DNA of 64,000 bases, taken from NCBI GenBank assembly GCA_038245295.1, contig JBBRSP010000012.1, positions 136,798 to 200,797 on the forward strand, in the 5' to 3' direction. Position numbers and translations under genes: made by a program. Positions 30,281-39,373 of the stretch are shown in pieces. The notes under the pieces are model-generated. The model saw only the letters and a list, made by a program, of their open reading frames with translations, was not told the origin of the DNA and searched no databases. This DNA is from Candidatus Binatia bacterium. GTDB taxonomy: Bacteria > Desulfobacterota > Binatia > HRBIN30. Each line of letters begins with the position of its first letter. Position 1 is the first letter of the stretch.

Positions 30281-33200
30281 TCAGATCGGCTTCCGCCGCA
30301 GATCGAGAGTGTGCGGCAACTCGAGGCTGCGCTCCTCCGGGGGCGCGGCAACCGGCCCCGGCGTGTGCCCATAGGGCCAGAAGCGCGCCGCGCGGCGGCC
30401 CTCAGCGGCATTGGCGTTGACCGGAAAGTATTCGTCGCTCCGCCCGCCCGGATGCGCGACGTGATACGTGCACCCACCGAGCGAGTAGCCGGTCCACGTA
30501 TCGACCAGGTCGATCACCAGGGGCGTGTCCACGGGAATGGTCGGGTGCAAGGCCGAAGGCGGCTGCCAGGCGCGGTAGCGCACTCCGGCCACCATCTCGC
30601 TGCTACGACCCGTCGAACGCAGAGGCACGCGCCTTCCATTGCATACCACCACGTGCCTTCCCTCGGTGAGCCCCAGCACCTTCACCTGCAAGCGCTCGAC
30701 GGACGAGTCGACGTAACGCGCCGTACCGCCGCCCGTCGTCTCCTCTCCAAGCACGTGCCACGGCTCCACCGCGGGACGCAGCTCGATGTCGACACCACTC
30801 GGGTGAATGCGACCATGCACCGGAAATCGAAACTCGTGGAACGGCGCAAACCATTCGAGGTCGAACGAGTAGCCCTCGCGGCCCAACTCGCTCACGACGT
30901 CGCGCAGATCTTCCCAGAGATAGTGCGGCAGCATGAAGCGGTCGTGCAGCGCTGTATCCCAACGCACCAACGGCCGCTCGTAGGGCTCCCTCCAGAAACG
31001 CGCCACCAGGGCCCGCACGAGCAGCGCCTGCACCATGCGCATCTGCGGATGCGGTGGCATCTCGAAGGCGCGCATCTCGAGCAGCCCAAGGCGACCCGCC
31101 GAACCGTCGGGTGAGTAGAGCTTGTCGATGCAGAACTCGGTGCGGTGCGTGTTGCCGGTCATGTCGATCAGCAAGTTGCGGAACAAGCGATCGACCAGCC
31201 ACGGCTGCGGCACTTCGCCGGCAGGCACGCGCTGAAAGGCGATCGCCAACTCGTAGAGACTATCGCTGCGCGCCTCGTCGACACGCGGCGCCTGACTCGT
31301 CGGCCCGACAAAAAGCCCGGAGAACAGGAACGACAAGCTCGGATGGTGCTGCCAGTAGGTCACCAGGCTACGCAACAGGTCCGGACGCCGCAGGATTGGA
31401 CTGTCCGCCGCCGTCGGCCCGCCGAGCGTGATGTGGTTGCCACCACCGGTTCCGGTGTGGCGGCCGTCGAGCATAAACTTCTCAGTGCCGAGACGACACA
31501 ATCGCGCTTCCTCATGCAGCGTCGCGGTGATCGCCGACAGCTCCGACCAATTGCTCGCCGGATGGATGTTGACCTCGATGACGCCCGGGTCCGGAGTAAT
31601 CTGAAAACGCACCAGACGCGGATCGCGCGGTGCCTCGTACCCTTCGAGAATGATCGGCACCGGTATCGACGCGGCGGCCTCTTCGACCGCCGCGAGCAAT
31701 TCGACCCAGGCTTCGAGGTGCGTCAGCGGCGGCAGGAACACATGCAAACGACCATCGCGCGGCTCGACGCACAGGGCGGTGCGGGCAACGTCGTCGATGA
31801 TTTCGCGCGGCGCCTGTGCGTCACTCTCGGGTTCGCGTACCTCGCGTGCTGCGGGCTTGGGCTCCTGCGTTCGCCACTGAACATCGGCGCGAGGCTTTCC
31901 GGGATCATCGAGCTCGGAGCGCCGGGCAAATGGCGAACGCTCGAACACTGGATCGCGTTTGTCGGGCGTTACCCAGGGAAGCGAATCAAGCGGCAGCCGG
32001 TAGCCCATGGCCGAGTTGCCCGGGAGAAGATACATGCGACCGCGGCGCATCTCCCAGCGGCTGCTGCTCCAGCATCCGCCATCGCTGCGCGGCTGCCAAC
32101 ACAACGGCAGAGCATAACCCGTGACTGTGCCGAGACCGCGGCGTAGCAGGGCAGCCAGGCGATGCCGGTCGACCGCGTCCTCGAGATCCACGGTCAGCGG
32201 ATCGACGTTGATCGGCAGCGTGCCTTCCTTCCACAGCCAATAGTAGATGTCCTCGTAGCCCGGCAGCGCCAGATCGGGAGGCAGGTGCAGGGCCGTGGCA
32301 ATGGCTTCCATCAGGCGCGCCGCCTGCTCGAGGTCGGCGCCGTAGCTCTGGCGCTCGTCGGCAAGCAGCGACTCGTCGCGCCACAATCGCTTGCCGTCGC
32401 GTCGCCAGAAACACGACAACGCCCAGCGCGGCAGGATTTCCCCCGGATACCATTTGCCCTGGCCGTAATGCAGCACACCGTGCGGCGCGAAGCGCTTTTG
32501 CAGCGCGCGCAGCAGGTTTCCGGCGAGCAATCGCTTCGTTGGTCCGAGCGCGCCGGTCTTCCACTCGTCGCCGTCGACATCGTCGATCGACACAAAGGTC
32601 GGCTCGCCGCCCATGGTAAGGCGTACGTCGCCGGTCTGCAGATCGTTATCGACCTCTTGCCCAAGTGCATCGATCGCGGCCCACTGCGCCGGCGTGTAGG
32701 GCAAGGTGACGCGCGGATCTTCGTGAACCCGGCGCACCGAGTTGCCGTATTGAAAGTCGACCACCTTGCACTCGTCGGTACAGCCAGTGACGGGCGCGGC
32801 CGCAGAAGGCTCCGGCGTACACGCAAGCGGGATGTGGCCCTCGCCGGCCAACAGACCCGACGTCGGATCGAGGCCGATCCAACCAGCCCCGGGAACGTAA
32901 ACCTCGGCCCAGGCGTGCAGGTCGGTGAAGTCCGCCGTTGGCCCACTCGGCCCGTCGAGCGCCGCGACATCCGCCGTAAGCTGCACCAGATACCCAGAAA
33001 CAAAACGCGCCGCCAGCCCAAGGTGGCGTAGAATCTGCACCAGCAACCAACCCGTATCGCGACACGAGCCACGGGCGGACAGCAGCGTCTCCTCACACGT
33101 CTGCACCCCCGGCTCGAGACGCACGACGTAGCCGATATCCTGCTGCAGACGTCGGTTGACGTCGACGAGGAAGTCGTTGGTGACGCGCGGCGCGCGGTCG

Positions 33201-33601
33201 ACGGCGGCAACCCACTGTTTCAACAATGGACCGCGTTCCTGGATCTCCAGATACGGCGCCAGTTGCCGCGCCAATTGCTCGTCATACGCAAAGGGAAACA
33301 GTTCGGCCGACGGGTCGAGAAAGAAGTCGAACGGATTGATCACACTCAGATCGGCAGTCAGATCGATCTCGAACGAGAACTCGCGCGTCTTCTCGGGGAA
33401 CACGAGGCGGGCGAGGTAGTTGCCAAACGGGTCCTGCTGCCAATTGAGGAAGTGATCGGCCGGGGTGATCTTCAGCGAGTAGGCGAGGATCGGCGTACGG
33501 CAGTGCGGCGCCGGACGCAGACGCAGGACATGCGGCCCGAGCGAAGCGAAACGATCGTAGGCATAACGTGTCCGATGATTGATGTTGACGTGGATACTCA
33601 T
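30281..33601 (-). CDS. transglutaminase-like domain + DUF2126 putative amidoligase
   Basis: LRPAPH, NWQQDPFGN, GSCRD, DLHAW, MGGEPTFVS, TPDPGVIEVN, GTGGGNH, EMRAFEMPPH. Confidence 0.93.
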   Translation of the reverse strand: MSIHVNINHRTRYAYDRFASLGPHVLRLRPAPHCRTPILAYSLKITPADHFLNWQQDPFGNYLARLVFPEKTREFSFEIDLTADLSVINPFDFFLDPSAELFPFAYDEQLARQLAPYLEIQERGPLLKQWVAAVDRAPRVTNDFLVDVNRRLQQDIGYVVRLEPGVQTCEETLLSARGSCRDTGWLLVQILRHLGLAARFVSGYLVQLTADVAALDGPSGPTADFTDLHAWAEVYVPGAGWIGLDPTSGLLAGEGHIPLACTPEPSAAAPVTGCTDECKVVDFQYGNSVRRVHEDPRVTLPYTPAQWAAIDALGQEVDNDLQTGDVRLTMGGEPTFVSIDDVDGDEWKTGALGPTKRLLAGNLLRALQKRFAPHGVLHYGQGKWYPGEILPRWALSCFWRRDGKRLWRDESLLADERQSYGADLEQAARLMEAIATALHLPPDLALPGYEDIYYWLWKEGTLPINVDPLTVDLEDAVDRHRLAALLRRGLGTVTGYALPLCWQPRSDGGCWSSSRWEMRRGRMYLLPGNSAMGYRLPLDSLPWVTPDKRDPVFERSPFARRSELDDPGKPRADVQWRTQEPKPAAREVREPESDAQAPREIIDDVARTALCVEPRDGRLHVFLPPLTHLEAWVELLAAVEEAAASIPVPIILEGYEAPRDPRLVRFQITPDPGVIEVNIHPASNWSELSAITATLHEEARLCRLGTEKFMLDGRHTGTGGGNHITLGGPTAADSPILRRPDLLRSLVTYWQHHPSLSFLFSGLFVGPTSQAPRVDEARSDSLYELAIAFQRVPAGEVPQPWLVDRLFRNLLIDMTGNTHRTEFCIDKLYSPDGSAGRLGLLEMRAFEMPPHPQMRMVQALLVRALVARFWREPYERPLVRWDTALHDRFMLPHYLWEDLRDVVSELGREGYSFDLEWFAPFHEFRFPVHGRIHPSGVDIELRPAVEPWHVLGEETTGGGTARYVDSSVERLQVKVLGLTEGRHVVVCNGRRVPLRSTGRSSEMVAGVRYRAWQPPSALHPTIPVDTPLVIDLVDTWTGYSLGGCTYHVAHPGGRSDEYFPVNANAAEGRRAARFWPYGHTPGPVAAPPEERSLELPHTLDLRRKPI

Positions 33602-33865
33602 TGCCTTCTCTACCTTGGTCCACCTCTCTGCGTCCGATGGGCACATGCCTCGGCGTCGTGCGCGCCTTGCCGCAAGCTTCGCAGAACCAAGTTGCGTGCC
33701 GCGTCGAGCATCACGTCGCTCTGTGGCGTCCGGTGGTGGAACTGAATGAGGCGGCGTCCGATGCTGCCCAGTTCTCGATCATGTGCCCGGATGCTGGGCG
33801 GGCGTGGAGAGGGCCCCGAAGCGCTCGGCGCGAAGGTGAGCCCCTGGGCTTCCCTCGTCTTCGAT

Positions 33866-34114
33866 CTACGCGGCTCGTCGGCCCTTCCTCGCCAGAAGAA
33901 CCGCGTCGAACGCCTTGCTCGCATCAAGCCCGAAGATTCGTTCACGACATACGCTGCAGCGTTCATGGACTACGTCTTCGAACCGGTGGGATTGACGCCC
34001 AACGCCCGGAACGACGTCTTCCTTCACTGCGATCACTTCGCGACTGCCGCAATGCGGGCAGCGACCGGTGACCCGGCTCGGCTTAGTCTGCAAGCTTGGA
34101 CGAGATGAGGACAT
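33866..34114 (-). CDS. YgiT/MqsA-type zinc-finger antitoxin-like protein
   Basis: CPHCG...CSVCRERIF; start uncertain (ATG 34114 or TTG 34093). Confidence 0.72.
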   Translation of the reverse strand: MSSSRPSLQTKPSRVTGRCPHCGSREVIAVKEDVVPGVGRQSHRFEDVVHERCSVCRERIFGLDASKAFDAVLLARKGRRAA

Positions 34115-34396
34115 AAAACACCTGCCGATTCCCCTTCCGGCGAATCGTTCCCTTTGTGTAGATCCATGTGCCGGCGAAATTTGGGCTCTCAAGCACTTAC
34201 TGTAAAGTGGCTCTCTTGCATGCAGGCGATGCGGCGAACGCGACCGCAACGTCTTCTTGATAGCATTTGCATTGATCACCGACTCGAGAATGTCTTCGAC
34301 GCTCAACAGATCACGCAAACGCTCGACCTCGGCCTTCATCGTGAACTCGACTTGTCGCGCAATCACGAGACGCTTGATTCGAGTCAGAACGTCCAT
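34083..34396 (-). pseudogene. DUF4258/MqsR-like toxin, frameshifted by an apparent 5-bp insertion near 34197-34201
   Basis: MDVLTRIKRLV..VEFT.KA..E....LSVEDILESVIN; removing AGTAA restores LYVLESPNFAGTWIYTKG...FYVLISSKLAD*. Confidence 0.68.
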
Positions 34397-34597
34397 CGTA
34401 CGGCCCGCGCGTCACGCGCCGCTCGTCACCAAGCAAGCACGCTTTTCCGATCGCGGCACCAAGGGGCGCACCGGATCAAGAATCCCATCTTCAAACTGGT
34501 CTTCGATAATCCCCCTGTGGCTCAGGGTAGCACAGGCGGAAGCCGCCGCTCCAGACGAGGCAACGTCGATATCCACTTCAACCTATCCGGCGCCGTC

Positions 34598-35090
34598 CTA
34601 GTCACAGCCGTTGAGCGCTCTGCCGATAGCAAGCACACTCTCATCGATCGTCACCTCGCCGTATCTTTTTGTGTCGACGGCAGGGCACCGCTGGAGCTCG
34701 CCACCGAGTCCGGTGTTGACCGCCCAGAGGAGCTCATCGATGGTGACATCACCGCTGTAGTTGTGTGCCGCTCGGGGCGACGTTGGATGCGAGCACGAGA
34801 ACCTGGAAGCAGTCCTTCAAGAAGGCGATATTGCCTGGAATGACGATGGCGGCCGGAATGGGCGGCAGCTTATAGTCGTCGCCGAGGTCCCTTGTCGCTC
34901 TCGAGGAGCATACCCATCACCAAGACGGTCTTCTCCTCGCCTCGAGCCGAGGCGGGAAACGTCTTCACGTGTTAGTGGCAAGTCATTGTCGCCGCCGCCG
35001 TCGGGGGCAGTGTCCATCTTGAACGCCATGTCGAGCTTGATCGGCAGACTGTTCGACAAGGTGCCAAAGCCGACGGTGAACTCGATCCCT
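34598..35090 (-). pseudogene. collapsed remnant of a large surface-protein gene ending in a dockerin-like tail
   Basis: Fragment PPIPAAIVIPGNIAFLKDCFQVLVLASNVAP joined out of frame to YSGDVTIDELLWAVNTGLGGELQRCPAVDTKRYGEVTIDESVLAIGRALNGCD*. Confidence 0.55.
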
Positions 35091-35133
35091 TGCAGCGATT
35101 TCCGTCACTCCGCTCATCGCATACCCTCTTTGA

Positions 35134-35470
35134 ATGCCTCGTGGGCCTCGTTTGGACGCGCCTCTGGCGCTGCACAACGTCTGGAATCGCGGCATCGAGC
35201 GCTGCGACACTTTCCTCGACGATACCGATCGGGTGAACTTCCTCGGGCGTATCGACAAACTCGTCCGCCGCGCCGGCCACTTCGCCGTCTATGCCTGGAC
35301 GCTGATGTCCAACCACTTCCACCTGCTCACTCGCACCGGCAAATCTCGGCCTGTCCGCTGCCATGCACATCGTCCAAGGTGGCTACGCCACCTACTTCAA
35401 CACCCGCCACCACCGCTCCGGTCACCTGTTCCAAAACCGCTTGAAGAGCGTCCTGGTCGGTGAGGACTCA
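35134..35470 (+). pseudogene. REP-associated tyrosine transposase (RAYT, IS200-like Y1/HUH), frameshifted and 3'-truncated
   Basis: MPRGPR..HNVWNRG..F.DD.D..AWTLMSNHFHLL (HUH); frameshift ~35350 to MHIVQGGYATYFNTRHHRSGHLFQNR.KS; no YIxxNP catalytic Tyr motif. Confidence 0.85.
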
Positions 35471-35528
35471 ACCGGCATCTTCCTGCAAGCTAACTACTGT
35501 CGGCACAAATGCGGTGACGTATCCGCAA

Positions 35529-35558
35529 CGCTCACCCTGAGCCCGTCGAAGGGTGAGC
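35529..35558. repeat. REP-like hairpin, downstream flank of the GIY-YIG gene
   Basis: CGCTCACCCTGAGCCCGTCGAAGGGTGAGC; supplies the gene's last codons (PSTGSG*). Confidence 0.85.
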
Positions 35559-35843
35559 TTCTCTGGAGTGCCCTCGTGCCAACCTCTTGATCTCTTCCCA
35601 GTCACCCCGGATGAGAGCCTCTTTCTTCTTGCGATTCCAACCCTTGATCTGTTGCTCTGCAGCAAACGCTTCATCGCGCGTGGGAAAGTGTTCCGAGTAC
35701 ACCAGATCAACGGGTCGCCGTGTCCTTGTGTAACCGCCCAACTCACCGCAGCCATGCTGTTCGATCCGTTGTTCGAGGTTGTCTGTGTGCCCGGCATAAT
35801 ATGAGCCATCAGCGCATCGCAGCAGATAGACCCAGAATGACAT
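35532..35843 (-). CDS. small GIY-YIG nuclease (UPF0213/YhbQ-like)
   Basis: FWVYLLRCADGSYYAGHT.NL..R..QH..G...YT..RRPV.LVY, EQQIKGWNRKKKEALI. Confidence 0.93.
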   Translation of the reverse strand: MSFWVYLLRCADGSYYAGHTDNLEQRIEQHGCGELGGYTRTRRPVDLVYSEHFPTRDEAFAAEQQIKGWNRKKKEALIRGDWEEIKRLARGHSREAHPSTGSG

Positions 35844-35896
35844 GTTGAATGCTTCGTAGACGGCCGGTGAACCTATCCGCCAGAACCCCAGACGAA

Positions 35897-35953
35897 CTCA
35901 CCCTTCGACAGGCTCAGGGTGAGCGGGTCCTTCGACAGGCTCGGGGTGAACGG
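35897..35953. repeat. two tandem REP-like units, upstream flank of the GIY-YIG gene
   Basis: CTCACCCTTCGACAGGCTCAGGGTGAGCG plus CCTTCGACAGGCTCGGGGTGAACGG; inverted relative to 35529-35558. Confidence 0.85.
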
Positions 35954-36090
35954 GTTCTACAAATGTTTGCGAGCAGCTGGGCAATTACGTCGCCGAACTA
36001 ATGAACCGGAGTACTAAGCCCCACTGCTGATGCCTCGTCGAGCATTCGCACCTGAGAACAAAAGAACGACTCCGCTTGAACGCGAGAGGT

Positions 36091-39000
36091 TTACGACCCG
36101 ATATTGGCCAATCGCCTCGTGGCGGCGCCGCGCGTCTGTTGCATCGCATACGCCATCGCGATCCCCAACACGCCGACGAGCGATGCCAGCAACGTCGGCT
36201 GCACGCTGCAGCCGAGGTAGCCGACCAGCAACGCGTCGATGCTGGCACCGCCGACAATCGCGACGATCGCCAGGTGGGTGCGACGCTGCAACAAGACGAG
36301 GCCGGCGCCGAGCCAGAACAACTAGGCGCCGGCTGCGTTCGCCGCGCCGACGATGATCGCGCTACGGTGCGAGGTGTAGGCGATCGAGAAGGATGCCGGG
36401 CGTTCCGACTGGTTGGCGTAGAGCTTGTCGAACGCGAAGCGGATGCCGCTCACCGGCACCTCGATGTGCAGCGGCGCCGTCACCTGGCCTGCCGCTTTGC
36501 TCATGCGCCCGAGCTCCGCTTGCATCGCGTCACGGCTCATTGCCTGCGCCTCTTCGGCGATGTTCATGGTCGTGCTGATTCGCCCGTAGGTGAACTCATC
36601 CGGCAGGTACACTTCCCAGCGCGTCTGCGTAACGATCATCTCCGGCCGCGGCAGCTGCGCGGCGATCGAACCGAATGTGCCGATCGCTGCCGTCGGCGTG
36701 GCGTAGATCAAGTTGACCGGGAACCCCTGTGCCGAGTTGATGATCTTGATGAGAATACCGCCGCGCTCGGCCACCGCCGGCTTTTCGGCGGCACCATTGA
36801 CGAAGGCCGACCACACCTGCGAGCCGGCCGGCAACTGCAAACGCAGGAACTGTTCGCGGCTGTTGCGCACCGTAAACTCCGCCGCCGTCACCGCCAGGCC
36901 ATCGGCCGTAAACAGCGTGCGATAGACGGCGCTGTCGATCGTCGCCGCTTGCACCTCGATCGCCTGATGGCGCGTCATCTTCAGCGCCAGCTGCGGCGCC
37001 GGCTCTACCTGCACATATTTGTAGGCGAGAAGGATCGGATTGGTGGTCTTGAGGATCAACTGCTGCGGCAGATCGGTCGGATCGACCAACGTCAGATGCT
37101 CGACCGAGGCCGGCTGCACTTCCACCGCGCTCAATGCCTCCACGGCAACATGGCCCTGCTCCACCTCGGCGCCACGCAGCTTCACCACCGGCACGCCGGC
37201 CGGCGCATCGCCGTCGGCAAGGATCAGCTCGTAGCCCAGCTCCAGGCGGAACTGGCCGTCCATGTCTTGCGTGAACTGCACATCAACCACCTGCGGCTGA
37301 TCGCCCTCGCCGGCCGTCACTGTATGTGTGCGTTTCGACGGTGCGGTCAGGCTCAACAGATTCACCTTCGCGGGCAATTCGAGCTGCAGATCACTCATTG
37401 TCCCCGACTTCACATTCACGTCGATGCTCACCGAACCTTTCAATGTAACGTCGGCCAGCGAGATCAGCGTGTCGACCTGTGCGTCGAACTTGCCCTGCTG
37501 GCGCTCCGGCGCCGCCGCCGCAACAACCAACTGTGGATCCTTATCGATGTACTTGAACGTGTGCGCCACTTTCAGCTTGAGCCCGTCGCGAATCGCTGCC
37601 GGGATCTGATTCTCGCCGATGCGTGTCAGCTTCAATTCCTCGACCGGGTTGAGCGTCCACTCCTTGGTCGACAACAGCACCAAGGATCCATGCTGGCGGT
37701 GCACATTGACCGCGTTGGCCAGTGGCACGGTAAACTTGCCGTCAGCCGGCAGCGAGCGATCGTAGTCCACCTCCAATTCGACAGGGCCTTTCCATTGGCG
37801 ATCGAGGAAGACACTGACACGTCGCGGCCGTTGCCCGTCGGCGTCGGCGATGCGCCAGTCGGAGATCGCACCGCTTGGGCTTTCGACGCGCGAAAGTTGC
37901 ACGTCGGCCGGCACCTCGAGCTCCAGCACGTTGGTCTCGCCACGCGTGACGTCATAGGTTGCGGTCGTACGGACGTAGACGACGCCCTCCTCGGCGTGGA
38001 CGGCATGAAACAGGGTGGCGTCGATACGTTTGTCGCTGATCTCCGCCTCCGGAACCGCTTCGGTCCACGCCAGCTCGACCATCGACGCCATCGGCAGATA
38101 CACCGTTGCCACCGTCTGGTTCTTGTCGTGCGCATACACGACATTCGCCGAGGGGCTCGTCTTGAGCTCCTTGTGCCCACTCATCGTCAGGTCGAAGCGT
38201 GAGACCGGAATCTCGGGAATCGCAAAGCTCACCTTCGGTGGACCGCTACCGCTGCTGATCGGTACCTGGAAGGTGGCAACGATCGTATGCGGCCCTTTCC
38301 CCTGCAGCTTCGTCGCAAAATGGTCGTCGACAACCAGGATCGGCGCACCTTTGCCGTCGACACGCACATCACTGAGTGTGATCGTCGTCGGCAACAACGC
38401 CAGCGTGATCGCCTGCGTCGTGCCGAGCTCGACGCCAAACTGGGCGGTCCAACTGACCGCATCCTTCGTCAGGGTTCCTGCGTACGTGGCGCGACTGATG
38501 ACGTGGGTCGTCGCCAGCGCATCACGCCAGGCGATCTGCACGGCGCTGGTCGTCGGGATGGTCGCGGTAACGCGCACACCCTCCGCTTCATCACTCGTAC
38601 GGATTCCCGCCGCCGGGACCAGCGAGACGGCGAGATCGACGCTCGGCAACAAGGCGCTCAAGGTTGCCGACGCAGCTTGCGGCAACGGCAGGGTGAGCGA
38701 CGTCCCCGTCTCCGAACGCTGCGCGTCGACCCGGTAGTGTAGGTTCATCATCTGTGTGCCGTGTTTGTTGGTTGCCCAGACAAGGCCCTGCGGCATGGTG
38801 AGTAATTGCACCGACTCGCCATCCACGGTGACTGTGTCGACAGCGGTGCCGGCCGGCAACACGACGACGGCGGTCCACTCGTCTTCCAACACCTCGACCG
38901 GAACCTTCACCTCGACCTCGGCGACGGCGCGTTGATTCTCGTCTTCCTTCACCCGCACATCGATGCGCGCCTGCCCAAGTGCATACCCCGCGGGTGCCGG

Positions 39001-39147
39001 CCGCGGCGTTGCCGGCGGATTCTGCGCCTGCTGCATCAATCGCGTGTAGACATCGAGTGGCAGCTTCACCTGGCCGTCGCCTTCGGCACGCACAGTGGAG
39101 ACGAGTGAGCAGAGCAACAGGACGCTCAGGGTACACTTCGGGCGCAT
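36091..39147 (-). CDS. large exported beta-rich protein with C-terminal TM helices; in-frame TAG at 36322-36324
   Basis: 941-aa ORF with signal peptide and GGAGG SD; the same frame continues for 76 hydrophobic codons past the TAG (AAGA*LFWLGAGLVLL). Confidence 0.8.
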
Positions 39148-39209
39148 GGGGTCCTCCGATTCACGGTGATGGCTTGGTCTCGCTGAAAGAGACGCCTGCA
39201 GTTGCCGAA

Positions 39210-39361
39210 CATCCCCTCTCCCAGCTCGTTGGAATGGCAGAACTTGGGAGAGGGTTAAGGTGAGGGCGGATCGATGGATTCGGATGGAAGGATGCCCGGG
39301 CCCTCACCCCGATTCTCTCCCACCAGCAAAGCTTGCATTCGAAGTGGGAGAGGGGGCGCTT
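39210..39361. repeat. REPIN-like doublet, inverted copy of 30088-30239
   Basis: CATCCCCTCTCCCAGCTCG and GGGAGAGGGGGCGCTT are exact reverse complements of the ends of the 30.1-kb element. Confidence 0.85.
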
Positions 39362-39373
39362 GCCTTCCATCAC

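Noticed and set aside
33686..33801. sigma54 promoter (CGGCAC-N5-TTGGT) and TGCCC-N7-GGGCG site for the amidoligase operon
   Set aside because: The -12 element lacks the conserved GC; suggestive but not supportable as a feature
33866..34396. 176-aa ORF as a genuine single protein
   Set aside because: Better explained as a frameshifted toxin running into the antitoxin frame
36322..36324. Pyrrolysine/selenocysteine recoding
   Set aside because: The TAG falls in a hydrophobic helix where Leu fits; there are no pyl genes in the window, and Sec uses TGA
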